The translations under genes and the position numbers were made by a program. A DNA stretch of 63,974 nt, counting the filler, from Cercozoa sp. M6MM (taxonomy: Eukaryota; Protista; Endomyxa: Ascetosporea): assembly GCA_040357565.1 (NCBI GenBank). It is 15 parts of 15 records of this genome, joined end to end, with 100 filler letters (N's around TTAATTAATTAA, not from the genome) between each part and the next. Parts side by side here need not be neighbours in the genome. Positions count along the whole stretch, not along the records: positions 23,339 to 28,479 come from JBDODJ010000966.1; positions 28,580 to 29,789 come from JBDODJ010002113.1; positions 29,890 to 38,155 come from JBDODJ010000551.1; 12 more parts are not named here. One strand, given 5' to 3'. Position 1 is the first letter of the stretch. Every line of letters begins with the position of its first letter. The notes beneath the pieces are model-generated. The model was not told the origin of the DNA. It saw only the letters and a list, made by a program, of their open reading frames with translations, and ran no database searches. Positions 24,940-36,400 of this stretch are shown one piece after another.

Positions 24940-26196
24940 ATGCCCATTCTTGTATATCACATTCTCAAGCTGTTTTCCCAGTATCGTATTGATCAATAAA
25001 TACTGTAAATTTACCTCGGTATCAATATCTTAATATCAGGGAGAAATTAAGCCGTTTTCTGGGAACTACGCACCAGTCGGATACGCGTTCTGCCATGGCC
25101 AGATCGTTTTAATCAACGAATATCCGGTAAATCTTGTCGATTCAGTGTGAGAAATTGTGGATTTGCTAACACGCAAAGAAAGTACAGGGTGTATACGTAC
25201 CCTACAGGCACTCCACAGCGTCCTCGGCTCATCTTTTGGCGGCGACGGCATTTCTTACTTTCAACTGCCGGACCTTCGTTACCGAGTAGCCGTTGGCGCA
25301 GGTGCCGAGCCCGGACACATTCGTAAGTTCCAACTCAACCAATAGACTTCCACTACGTTTGTACTGTACAATACAGTGTTTTATTTCTAAATTTACAAGT
25401 AGCCGTGCCGCTCGGAGCCTACTTTGGATTAGACCAACATACTTATGGCGTGCAAGTTAGCTCGAGCCAGACACTGGACATTGACATCCCCGCCACAGCG
25501 GTTCCGTCGTTTACGCCACAGGTAACATTCGCCGGAGACAGCACCAACCCCACAGGTAAAGTTCGCTGCTGCTGTTAGATATTTCAAAGAATATATTTAG
25601 TCAATTATTTTATATCATTCATATAAACTTATGTACCTCAATATAATATACTCTGTAACTTTACAGTAAAGTTGAGATACTATTGTATACCCCTGTACTA
25701 TATATGTCCTAATTTATATCTAAATTTACTTTGACCAGGTAGAATTAACATTTAAATTTTATTGAGAGCATGTAAATTTAAATTTAAAAACAGGCAGTTT
25801 CTCACCTGGTCGAATTCTGCTCGACACTGGTCTGAGCTTCTCCGACCCGTGCGTTTTGTTTAGCTTCGCCTTTACAGACAGGAAGTACTATGTTGTGTTT
25901 AGTGCTGATGCCGTGGGTACCCAAGCGATGGACCTGAACACGTTCCCCGGTGTCACTCCGACTGATGCCAGTGCTCGCACGACTGTGGAGGTAGAATTTA
26001 AAATCAAATTTACTGTAGATGTCAAAATCAGTCAAATATCTATGTGTGAGTAGAACCCAGTATGCTCTTTAATTTTTCTTTAATTTGGCAGGTGACCATA
26101 GGTCTGACGGGCGAAATCACCGTGGACAAGCACCAGCCTTCTCTTGGCGTCTCGTACATCATTGCGATGGAAGGCGACTACCCGATGCGCAGCTGA
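24940..26196 (+). CDS. Phage tail-collar domain protein (bacterial 'microcystin-dependent'/tail-fibre family) with spliceosomal introns, about 222 aa
   Basis: Exons 24940-24951, 25040-25126, 25208-25322, ~25403-25555, 25794-25990, 26092-26196 total 669 nt, all GT-AG and in frame. They give MPILGEIKPFSGNYAPVGYAFCHGQIVLINEYPALHSVLGSSFGGDGISYFQLPDLRYRVAVGAG...HQPSLGVSYIIAMEGDYPMRS*. This matches the collar pattern GEI..F.G..AP.G...C.GQ......ALF..LG..YGGDG...F.LPDLRGR and the family C-terminal QP.L...IIA.EG..P.R. Confidence 0.9.
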
Positions 26197-26249
26197 ACTA
26201 CTGACCTCAACCGACTGTTATAGATAAACTTATATAATTAAATTTACTA

Positions 26250-28468
26250 TCAGTGTTTCGACAAATTTCCGTTTTCGCCACGGTTCCCCAGGTGTGTGGT
26301 GATTCTCCCCAACGCTTCTGCGGGGGGTTTGCGACAGATTGCGCAATGCGACAGAACGAGGCGAGACATCTCAACAAGCACGGTATCTGTTGAGGTACCT
26401 GCTTTCGGTAAGCGGGTTTTTCTTGAAGCAGTTTTGAGCTGCTCGCCACCCTACCAAACACAGGGTATGCAAAGCTAGGCTACCCCCTTGGTGAAGCACT
26501 TTGCATCTTTTTCTCTGGCCGAAAGAAAATCTGTTATTTCCGTGGCCAATGTAAACTTAGATAAACCAGGCATTTGATGGGTTTCGAAACATTGTTTAGA
26601 CGCCTTTAATGGCTTTTAAAAGAGCAACAGAGTAACATTCCGAACCCTCAATTTCAGATACGATTTGTTCGCATATTATGTGGAAACCAGTTCCCCTTTG
26701 TCTTGTGAATGGTTTTGTCTTGTGCATTAGCCTGGAATGCTAGCTGCTGTGACCCGCCGCGTTGGTCTAATCATTTCGGAGAAAATGGACCTGCGCGCAC
26801 TTTCACCTCCATTCGGCTGCTTTTGGAGGGAGTGTACGTTTCGAATCGGCTGCTTGAATAAAAATCCACTTCTATCGTCAGTGACAAACTCAGCAAAGAA
26901 GGTGTATTAACCTTGTAGGCGTCGCTGTTGCTACAAAAATGTCCGTAAAACACCGCCAAAACACCGGAAACACTCATACAGCAGGCCAGGGTACATATGC
27001 CACGAGAACGCGATGTCACGGCAGGCGCAGAATCGATCCAGTTCATTCCGAAAACAATCGTTCCCTGTGCAGAATTCATAAAGCTAGCAGCAACAACACG
27101 CATACTGTCCAAGTAACGAAAGTAGAGACCATCTTGGGAACGAAGAGCAGCACTGCCACATGCATATATCAGTCCGCGATACCATGGACAGGAGAAGGTT
27201 TAGTGAATGAAGATACCGAGAACGACAGTACAGAGTATCCATATTGCTGCTTGTTCGATAACTTGCACCTGAATCGCCACCGAGGACATTAGTGCACTTG
27301 CGATGGAAACGAGCGACAAGAATGCAACGCCAACGATGAGAGCAGCGATCTGCTTTGATTCTCTGAAGTCTTCCCAGGGATAATATACCGACATGAAGGA
27401 CACAGTGTATACTGTACTAGTGCTGTATCATTTTTAGACAAGAAAGTATACTCGCAAACGCTTTTCGAGTAGACCAACTCAATCCGAGCGAGTACAAGAC
27501 AATGCAGGCGCCAAACATCACGTTTCCCATGAAGAAAATGTCTGTTCAGGGGTGATCAGTACAGTACTGATACTTCAACTGGTAACATCGGCATGTCGAC
27601 TTGATAGAACTCACTCACCCCAATTGTCTGCGCGACAAGCGAGCCTTCCGACGTTTGAAGACTCGTCTTGTCTCTATACAGTTTCAGTTTTGACCCCCAA
27701 TTTCCGAAGTTACGAATATTACAGGTATATTCTGACTGTGAAATTGTTACCTTTGCCACGATTTTCAGAGGAGACACGATCGCCCACATTACGTTCAGCG
27801 CCAAACTCAGCACTACAACTGCGAGTACGATTTTCACCAAGCGACCATCCCTAATAATCACCGTTTTCAGTTTTTTTCGGCGGAAAATCTTGTCGATGCG
27901 CCAAGCTTTAGCAGTGATGGGCACAAAGGCCAGAACAAAGCCAGTTCCCAAGAGAAACGGCAGCGATTGACACGCTGCGTTCAACTGCCCGCGCGTGTTC
28001 AGTCCAAGAGTGTCATCTAAGCCGATCACGATAGCGGAGGTGTAGCCGACTAAGAGTCCTACTAAAGTGAATGACAGCATCTTTGGCGACGCTGCTTTTA
28101 TTGATTGCTCCTGCAGAAAGGCAGAAATACAGAGCAGACAGTATAACAAACAGGGTAAATTTACTGTACATTTCGGTGTGCATAGACGATATACAAGTTC
28201 GCCAAAGTGACTGCCATTCTGGATCAGGACACACAACAGCCTGTATGTAAGGGCACTAAATTCAGTGTTTGCATCTTACCCGACGATAGAAAGAGCCGTG
28301 AAGGTTGCCCAGACTCCGACAGAGGAGCGTTTCACGTCGACTTGCACTGATGCAAGATCTTAGGGGATGAATCTAAGTTTAGAGCACCGCAAACTTACTA
28401 TCAGGTTTTAACGCAAACACCGACACAGTTTTTGGGTCGCTGTCAGACCTTTGTAGAACGCATTTCCT
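26250..28468 (-). CDS. Class C (GABA-B-like, 7tm_3) G-protein-coupled receptor; 5' truncated, 3' end approximate
   Basis: TM1 ..LSIVG|MAVTLANLYIVYAHR|EQSIKAASPKM...; C...FLLGTGFVLAFVPITAKAWRIDKIF...VIIRD..L; FRESKQI; LFVPK. Confidence 0.85.
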
Positions 28469-28619
28469 GGGGGGGGGGGNNNNNNNNNNNNNNNNNNNNN
28501 NNNNNNNNNNNNNNNNNNNNNNNTTAATTAATTAANNNNNNNNNNNNNNNNNNNNNNNNNNNNNNNNNNNNNNNNNNNNGGTAAAGAGGGGGGTAAAGGG
28601 GGGTAAACTGCAATGGCGA

Positions 28620-29330
28620 GCACCCAGTGGCGTCGGCGCCTCGTCCGCGCGGACGTCCGAGGTCCGCGCGGACGTCTCCTGGGTCGGCCCAGGTTGTTGT
28701 TGTTGTTGTTGTTGTTTTTCGTCGTCGGCGTCGTCGCGCATGGCCTCGCGTTCGCGTCTGCACACACACACACGCACCCTTAATAAACCTCCCCCTCAGC
28801 CAACCCCCTTAACCAACCTCCCCCTTAATAAACCTCCCCCTTAAGTTAATGCACCGAGCGGCCGCTTCCTGTCGCTGTCGCTGCTGCCGCTCGTAGGTCT
28901 CCACCATCTCGCGCATGCCTGCGGGGGGGGGGGGNNNNNNNNNNNNNNNNNNNNNNNNNNNNNNNNNNNNNNNNNNNNNNNNNNNNNNNNNNNNNNNNNN
29001 NNNNNNNNNNNNNNNNNNNNNNNNNNNNNNNNNNAAGGGGGGGCAGCCACCGAGTCGCTCCAGCATGCGGCGCCACTGCTGCGTCACGTGCAACTGCGCA
29101 CACTCACACTCACACTCACACAGTCCAGTGAGACACGTGGTCACTCAGTGGGACACGTGCTCACTCAGTGGGACACGTGGTCACTCAGTGAGACTCAGTC
29201 AAGTGGGACACGTGGTCACTCAGTGAGACACGTGGCCATGTGTGTGTACCTCGTCGATGTCGTCCATGTTGATCTCGCCCGTCAGCAGCGCATTCACGGC
29301 CAGGTTGATCTCCATGCGTGCGCGCATCCT
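28620..29330 (-). CDS. Internal exons of a hypothetical protein
   Basis: Exons RMRARMEINLAVNALLTGEINMDDIDE, ..QWRRMLERL-G|MREMVETYERQQRQRQEAAAR|RREREAMRDD.. join with compatible phases. Confidence 0.45.
29126..29236. repeat. About 20-bp intronic minisatellite with GACACGTG core
   Basis: About 5 degenerate copies of GACACGTGGTCACTCAGTGR. Confidence 0.9.
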
Positions 29331-29892
29331 GGGGNNNNNNNNNNNNNNNNNNNNNNNNNNNNNNNNNNNNNNNNNNNNNNNNNNNNNNNNNNNNNNNNNN
29401 NNNNNNNNNNNNNNNNNNNNNNNNNNNNNNNNNNGGTAAAGAGGGGGGTAAAGGGGGGTAAACTGCAATGGCGAGCACCCAGTGGCGTCGGCGCCTCGTC
29501 CGCGCGGACGTCCGAGGTCCGCGCGGACGTCTCCTGGGTCGGCCCAGGTTGTTGTTGTTGTTGTTGTTGTTTTTCGTCGTCGGCGTCGTCGCGCATGGCC
29601 TCGCGTTCGCGTCTGCACACACACACACGCACCCTTAATAAACCTCCCCCTCAGCCAACCCCCTTAACCAACCTCCCCCTTAATAAACCTCCCCCTTAAG
29701 TTAATGCACCGAGCGGCCGCTTCCTGTCGCTGTCGCTGCTGCCGCTCGTAGGTCTCCACCATCTCGCGCATGCCTGCGGGGGGGGGGGGNNNNNNNNNNN
29801 NNNNNNNNNNNNNNNNNNNNNNNNNNNNNNNNNTTAATTAATTAANNNNNNNNNNNNNNNNNNNNNNNNNNNNNNNNNNNNNNNNNNNNGAC

Positions 29893-29957
<65 letters not shown>

Positions 29958-30232
29958 CGGGCACGGCGCTCGAAGCAGGGCCGTGTACAGACCTGTTCAA
30001 CGAGCTGCCGGTACCGGAAGAAGTTAGTCTAAAGAAGTGAAAGATCGATTGCAATTGCAAAACCTACACCAATACTACAGTACAGTCAGGCAAGGTCCAC
30101 GCGCGACTCGGACGAGTCGCACTCCTAGTATGCTATATAGAGTGTAATGTAGGTTCAGTTTCGAGAGGCGGAAGCAGACTGTGTTCAGTTGACTGGACGA
30201 AGAGATTAGGTCAGTATTTGAGACCGAGTAGT

Positions 30233-30932
30233 TCAGTTGCACGCGCACGAGGACGGCAGGTCGTCTTGCTCTTGAGCGAGCTTGACGGCGAAGCAGACGC
30301 GAGCAGCGCGTTCACCAGCCGTGTCGCCAGCGCGCACGACTTGCGTGCGTCTGCTCAAAGTGGCGGGTTCGCATAGCGGCACTTCGCTTGCGTAGTTGCG
30401 GTACTCGGCGAGCACCGCGACGCATAGAGTGCACACGTGCAAGTCGTGCGCGTTCCTTCACGATGGGGATGGACACCAGGCGCACCGCGAGGACGCACTT
30501 GCCGGTCTTGAGGAGCATGCCTCCGTCGAAGATCGGGGTGACACGTGCTGCCGCTTTGGGCTTCGCGATCAGCATCGGCTTCACCAGCTCCGGCGTCAGC
30601 TCCGGCGTGAGCACGTGGCTGTTGCGCACGCAGATCACTTTGGCCCAGCGGCCCTTCGAGTCGATCTGGAGTTCTGTGGGCTCACGGGCCACCGACTCGC
30701 TCGTCTGCTCCACGGGGTTCTCCAGCTCGAGCGTACCGTGCAGCGCGATGGCGTTGATGATCTCGGACAGCTCCTTGTGGCCCTTCTCCGTGTCCTCGGA
30801 GACGGCCAGCATCACGGGTTGGAAGTCGAGGGCCTCAATGGTGGTGAGCTCGTCCTCGCGGGGGCTGAGCTTCTTGGGCTGGGCTGCTTGCTCCACGTGA
30901 TCGCAGATCTCGCCGAAGCCGATGCCGTCCAT
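30233..30932 (-). CDS. Intronless hypothetical ORF, possibly frameshifted near its 3' end
   Basis: Protein-like, high-GC3 frame from MDGIGFGEIC to about VSIPIVKE. After that a second frame (HVCTLCVAVLAEY...) looks more protein-like. Confidence 0.4.
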
Positions 30933-31337
30933 CGTGGTCTTCTGCACGAGTGATAGCTGTTTTGTGTTTGTTGGTGGGTTCCCTGGCGGGTGGCCGGAGA
31001 CCGGCAATGGCTGACGCCTGTATGCATAGCATCCAGTGCCGAGGCACTCCGCCCCCCCCCCATCCTGCGAGTGGGGTAGGCCAGGGCGTGAAAACACGCC
31101 GAGACGAAAACAGAAAAGAGAACGCAGAAAACAAGAAACAACAAAAAGTTGGGGCAGCTTCGTTGGGGCTCTAACTTTGCATGGGCCTCGTTAGTGCCTT
31201 CTGGCGGGCCATAGGGACAGGGCCCACCCAGCCAGAAAGTGGGGTTGCGCACCTTAGTGGGGTCGATATGGGGCTCTAACCGGAGCTGACAACTTGAGCA
31301 GTGCAGTGCACACACTGGTGACTCTAAGTAAGTTTGG

Positions 31338-31440
31338 CTTAAGCGGGTGGTAGACACGGCCATGCTCTTGTGACCCACCCCAGACTGGTGCAGGGGAACT
31401 AAATTTACTAGTTGGTTTCCTATAGGACTCAACTAACTAA
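31338..31440 (+). repeat. Dispersed repeat 3' segment with hairpin and (AACT)n tail
   Basis: Shares exact 10-nt and 13-nt blocks with the reverse complement of 21620-21650. Confidence 0.55.
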
Positions 31441-31539
31441 CAGCCTGCGCTGCCTAAACCCCATAACGTCAAGGCAGTCGTCACGATGACATGATCTACC
31501 ATACTGTCCGCCGCGCTTACAGTACTCAGTGCAGTCGAG

Positions 31540-33480
31540 TCAATCTTGATGGATCGGAACGAAGACGAAACAACGACACTGCGCAGTGTGGTCCTGTGCA
31601 CACACGACATCCAATCGAACACACAGCTACTGTACACTCACTGGACAGCACTGAATAGGTGCAGGCTGCAGTGCTTGAACACACAAAGGTTTCTGGTACC
31701 CCATCAACCACAAGAGGCTCATCGATCGCAACGATCGCAGTGACAGTCGTCGTTTGTATCTGCATTGGAGTCGTTGAAGAATACTCTGTATCACAGGAAC
31801 AGGACGAAAGGTAGTATACGGGTGCCTCATCATCCTGCGACAGCCACCGAAAGGCAGCACACTCGGCCAAGTGGTCCTTGTTGTGACCCAATCGCGGCAG
31901 TGTTTTCTCCTGCGTGGCAACGACGAACCTGCCTCTTGCGGACAGAGGCATTCGTGTGTCCACGGCATCATAGGCACAAGTGCCACTGCCCCAGCTCTTG
32001 GCGGCCGCGACACACTGAAGTGCCGCAGGTAATGCCACTGCCGGGACTACAATAAACACAGGCATGGGCAGTGATTCCAAGCTGCAGAGAGTCCTTTTTA
32101 AAGATCGAAAGTACAGATGGCGATGCCCTCACGATCACCCGAGTACCTGAAGTTGCCCATGCGAGTGAGATAACGGTGCGGCTGCCCCGTTTCCTGCTCA
32201 CAACAGTGTCCAGTGAGCGCCACAGGCACAATTTAGCAACCACGGAGCAGGCAAAGTTACCGACAGGAGTCGCCACGCGAGTCCGTACACAACGGCGTGG
32301 ACGTGCTCGTACGAAGCCGAGTGGAAGAACTCGGCAAACATTCGTGGAAACTGCACGGAGCACTCGACGACACTCGCGCAGTGCCCCGAAGAAATCGCAT
32401 GCACTGTCGCTCTGTCGCCGATGCTCACGGGAACGAGCGACATGCTGTTCTCTGCTGCCTGCTCCAGAACCGGCCGCGCTGAAGTGACATAAAAGTAACA
32501 CACACAAATATGACACCCAGATAATGCGCACACAAACTGACGACTGGTACCGTACATTTCGCCACAACTGTGGGCGCAATAGTAACTGCGCAATGAAGTA
32601 ACTTACATTTTTTCGGTTAGGTGCTGCAGAAATATGATGAGAACGCACCTATCGTAGCGCGCAAAAGACTCGTCGTTCACATTCGCGAAGAGGTCGTCGA
32701 AAACTGGAACGCGGGAGATGACAATGACTTCCAGTTCGCAAACAGCGAGAACCCAACACGCAAAAACGCTATTCTGTTGATACCTTGTTGTTCCTCAGTA
32801 TCAGACATGTCGGGTACGCAGTAGTCTTTGACGACACTGCAAGGATCGTCGCCAATGATGTCACTGCTTGGGCAGACAGACCTCAATTCTTTCATACGCA
32901 CTGAGTGCAAGAAGGAACGGAAAGCCTTACGCCAGTCGTTCGAACACCGGCGAGGACACGGCCATCTGCTGCTCCCGCTTGTACGCCAAAACGGCAATCC
33001 GTGCCAGCAAGTACTGTCCCATAGTCCAGGGCTACGAGAACCAGAGGCTTCAAATTTACACCACACCGTAACATATCCTTGTGTGGGAGGTTGCCACCTC
33101 AAAGTTGCATTGCTCGTGATACTGTTGCAGCTTGAGTTGCAAAGCGCAAAGCGCAAGAGACTGCTCGCTCTCGGCGTCAATAAAGTAGAGACGCGACCCA
33201 ACTTCCTGCGGCAAGACAAGTATTGCCACTTAAAAAAAAAACACACTGACTGAGTCAGGTCATACCTTGAGAGGGTATCCACCAACAAAGTCGCGCAATT
33301 CGTCAAAACTGTCAAATTTCACCTGGACACATGTACAAGACAGGGGGCGGGGGTATCCTTTCAACTGACTGCTTTACAGCCAAACTCACCTCCACGAAAT
33401 CTCCGACAGATGCGAGCGTAGCGTCGTCCAAACCGTCTTCCAGACCTGCAGAGATGCCTCGCTACACAATAATGCAGCGC
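31540..33480 (-). CDS. Hypothetical multi-exon protein (boundaries approximate)
   Basis: A series of protein-like exons bounded by AG/GT (VKFDSFDELRDFVGGYPLK, AILVLPQEVGSRLYFIDAESE, LEVIVISRVPVFDDLF, PVFIVVPAVALPAAL). No family recognised. Confidence 0.5.
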
Positions 33481-33649
33481 ACAACATGAAAAACATTGGC
33501 CTGGCGCCCCCTGAAGCAGACAGCTACAAGATAAATTACATCACGCCACTTCAAGCACTTGGTCGATACGCCAAGTGTAAACGCCATCCCTGATTCTGAA
33601 TTACAAATGTCGCAGCACTGTCTGTACCACGTGATATTTACCTAAGATT

Positions 33650-35082
33650 GTTGCCGTTTTTGTGACTTAGACTTATAACAACAGCCGTGTCGTCGGCTGT
33701 CGGGTTTTGCGCAATTTCACCGAACGGACGTCGCTTATTGTAGCCAGGATCGATGATGTTTGCTGACTTTAACCGCTGTTAAGCTCTTCATGATTGTCCT
33801 AAGCGAAGGAGGTAGTCACGAAGCCAGCCGACGCGCGTATTTTGGTCCAGTGGTTCCGAACGCGACACGGGAAAGCCGCTGTCCAGCACCGAAAGGAGCA
33901 CAGTGGTTTCCTTGAACGTCGATCGGACTGCTTGGTCGGCCAGCGCTCTGTGCGCTACCTACACAAGCCGAACACCGATATTTTTGCGCTTGGGCCAGCA
34001 GAGAAACGCGTTTTTTTGAATCACCTGGGCGGTGCACTGCATCACTTCCGAGTGCATCGTGAAGGAAGCGATTTCAGCCAGTAACTCGACGGGCACGTTC
34101 ATGTTCTTGCTGTGTCAAACACGAAGTGTACTTGCACAGTGTGATCATTTTTAATTGGACACCAAGCGGGGTACCGCCGAAACGAAGACAACGCACAAAC
34201 GATATCGGCGAACATGGCTCGTGCACTGAGTCTGCCCACAAACGCTGCAGCAAACACAATAGCTGTCGGTTGTTTCTGTTACCGCGCGAGTTGCGGGCCA
34301 AGTGCAGCTCTCAGACGAGAGGCATCCTCGTCAACTGTTGCCACAAAACAGTGCTCTCTGTAGATTTAAAGTCAAGTCAAGCACGGCGCAGGACAAGCAA
34401 ACAAACACTTTGACTGAGGCGAATCTGAGGCGTGTCCGAGTGCTTGCTTGTGCGTCTGATTCATCGGGCAATCGTACGCCACCAAGAGAGCCAAGATTCG
34501 CCTAAACAAAACAAATAAAATCAGGATATATATATATCCACACAGATACCTCCTATCAAGACTTTGGATCGCCGACTGTCGATGTCGCCACGGCAAGTCC
34601 AAGAAGCTCTCAAGCGAAGCGTCCTGTGACAGGACACATCCTATTGAATTCAGTCGGTAGCCAACAAGAAAAATTCACCCAGAGCTGCTGGTTCAACTGG
34701 AAACCGCACTGGCACCAGAGTTCAAAAACGCGGCATTGACGCCGTGTACACGTCATCACAAAGGCGGTCAGAACGTTGCCAAACACTTCCCAGCCATCAC
34801 ACGTATCTTCCTTTGCATGCGCACATACACAGTATGTGAAAATAAAAGCAGAGTAAAGGTAAAGCTACCGCAGGGTTCGGATTGGCCAACCAGCGATCGA
34901 ACACAGAGGCCACCTCATCGATGGAACCTCTCCTCATACAGCACACCATTGCCTATGCACAAACTAAACTCTCCTTCCAGACAATGGTGTGCTCGGGTTT
35001 ACCGACGGAGTGATCGGCAACGGCAACTGCAGAATCATCTGACGAAACTGCACAACACACACATACACACACACACACACAC

Positions 35083-35119
<37 letters not shown>

Positions 35120-36017
35120 ACGAAAGCAACACACCGAACTGGTGCAATCGTTAACTGCGTCGAAACTGAGTTCGAGACAGTTTCGAAACAAGGCAGCGCA
35201 ACCGGGCAGTTGCACAACATATCGCACAGTCTCCTCCATGCAGTGCTGCGTGGCCACTTCCATGGGATTCTCCACGTGCTGCCTCTCCATGTACCGAGAA
35301 GTCTCCAGCATTACGTCTGCCACGCTTTGCTGTCTGCTGCACTGCGGCAACTCGCGTCCAAAGTACTCCAGCACGACGGGGAACAACTCGTGCGCACGCG
35401 GCCACCAGGACTGCCGCTGCTGCACTGCGTACACAGCCAGCACGAGCGGGTGCATCGAGAACTTACTACCGGGAATACACATGCGTGAGTTCACGTTGGC
35501 ACCAGCCTCGAGCAGCGTTCTGACCTGTGTGATCGAGTGTGCAAAACAATGCTCGGTCAGTCAGTCAGTTAGTCCGTCAGAGAAAGCAAGGACAGCGTTA
35601 CAATAGCAGGAGAGTCAGAGAACAACAGCGCCAGTCCCAGAGCATTCTCTTTCATGTCGCACTCTACACACAAATACACAGATAGATGTGGATATAGATG
35701 TGAATATATGAGTGGATATAGGTACAAGCAGTACCTTTAGCTATTCTGTGCACAAGATTGACGTCAGCACCAAAGTGTTCAATCAGTAGTTTCACGCAGC
35801 GCACTTGCGTCTCCTCGGGTCGGACTCGACGTGACACAACAGACAGCAGTGGCAGGAAGCCTCTGTTCTTGTTGCTGTGGTCTGCGAGCGAGTGAAACGC
35901 CGTGTTGACCACCTTGCCTTGTCGCAATGCGTCGACGCGCGACAAGAGCACGAGCACATCGTGGAATGCGTCGATACGCGTCGGCTGCTTGCTCCTGCCG
36001 TGCACCAAAAACTATCC

Positions 36018-36093
<76 letters not shown>

Positions 36094-36400
36094 AACGTTT
36101 CTGGTACCACGCAGCTGTTGCTTCGTGAAGCAGCGAGTACTTCCTACCTTGCTACGACACACAACTAACACATAGAGTGGGAGGGGCAGGAACGATCGAT
36201 GTACCCGCTCGATCACACTGGGGCACGAAGTGTTCCGTGCCAACGCCGCCTCAGTGCTCGGTGCGTCCAGTCGAGAAACCGCTTGCACTAACTCATTTCG
36301 CTGCCTGCGACGATTGCGACGACAGAATCAAAATACTCCGCCTAGATAAAAATCTGGGACGATATATCTCACCAATGTGACGGGAGGGGGACTCGCCCCA
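33650..36400 (-). CDS. Ankyrin-repeat-like protein (possibly one gene with the exons at 33650-34650)
   Basis: CVKLLIEHFGADVN and VRTLLEAGANVNS..HPLVLAV. A downstream exon has NVPVELLAEIASF. Confidence 0.55.

Noticed and set aside
24940-26196. Bacterial contaminant or prophage as the source of the collar gene
   Set aside because: The reading frame only exists after removing GT-AG introns, the flanking genes on the contig are eukaryotic, and no other phage genes are adjacent.
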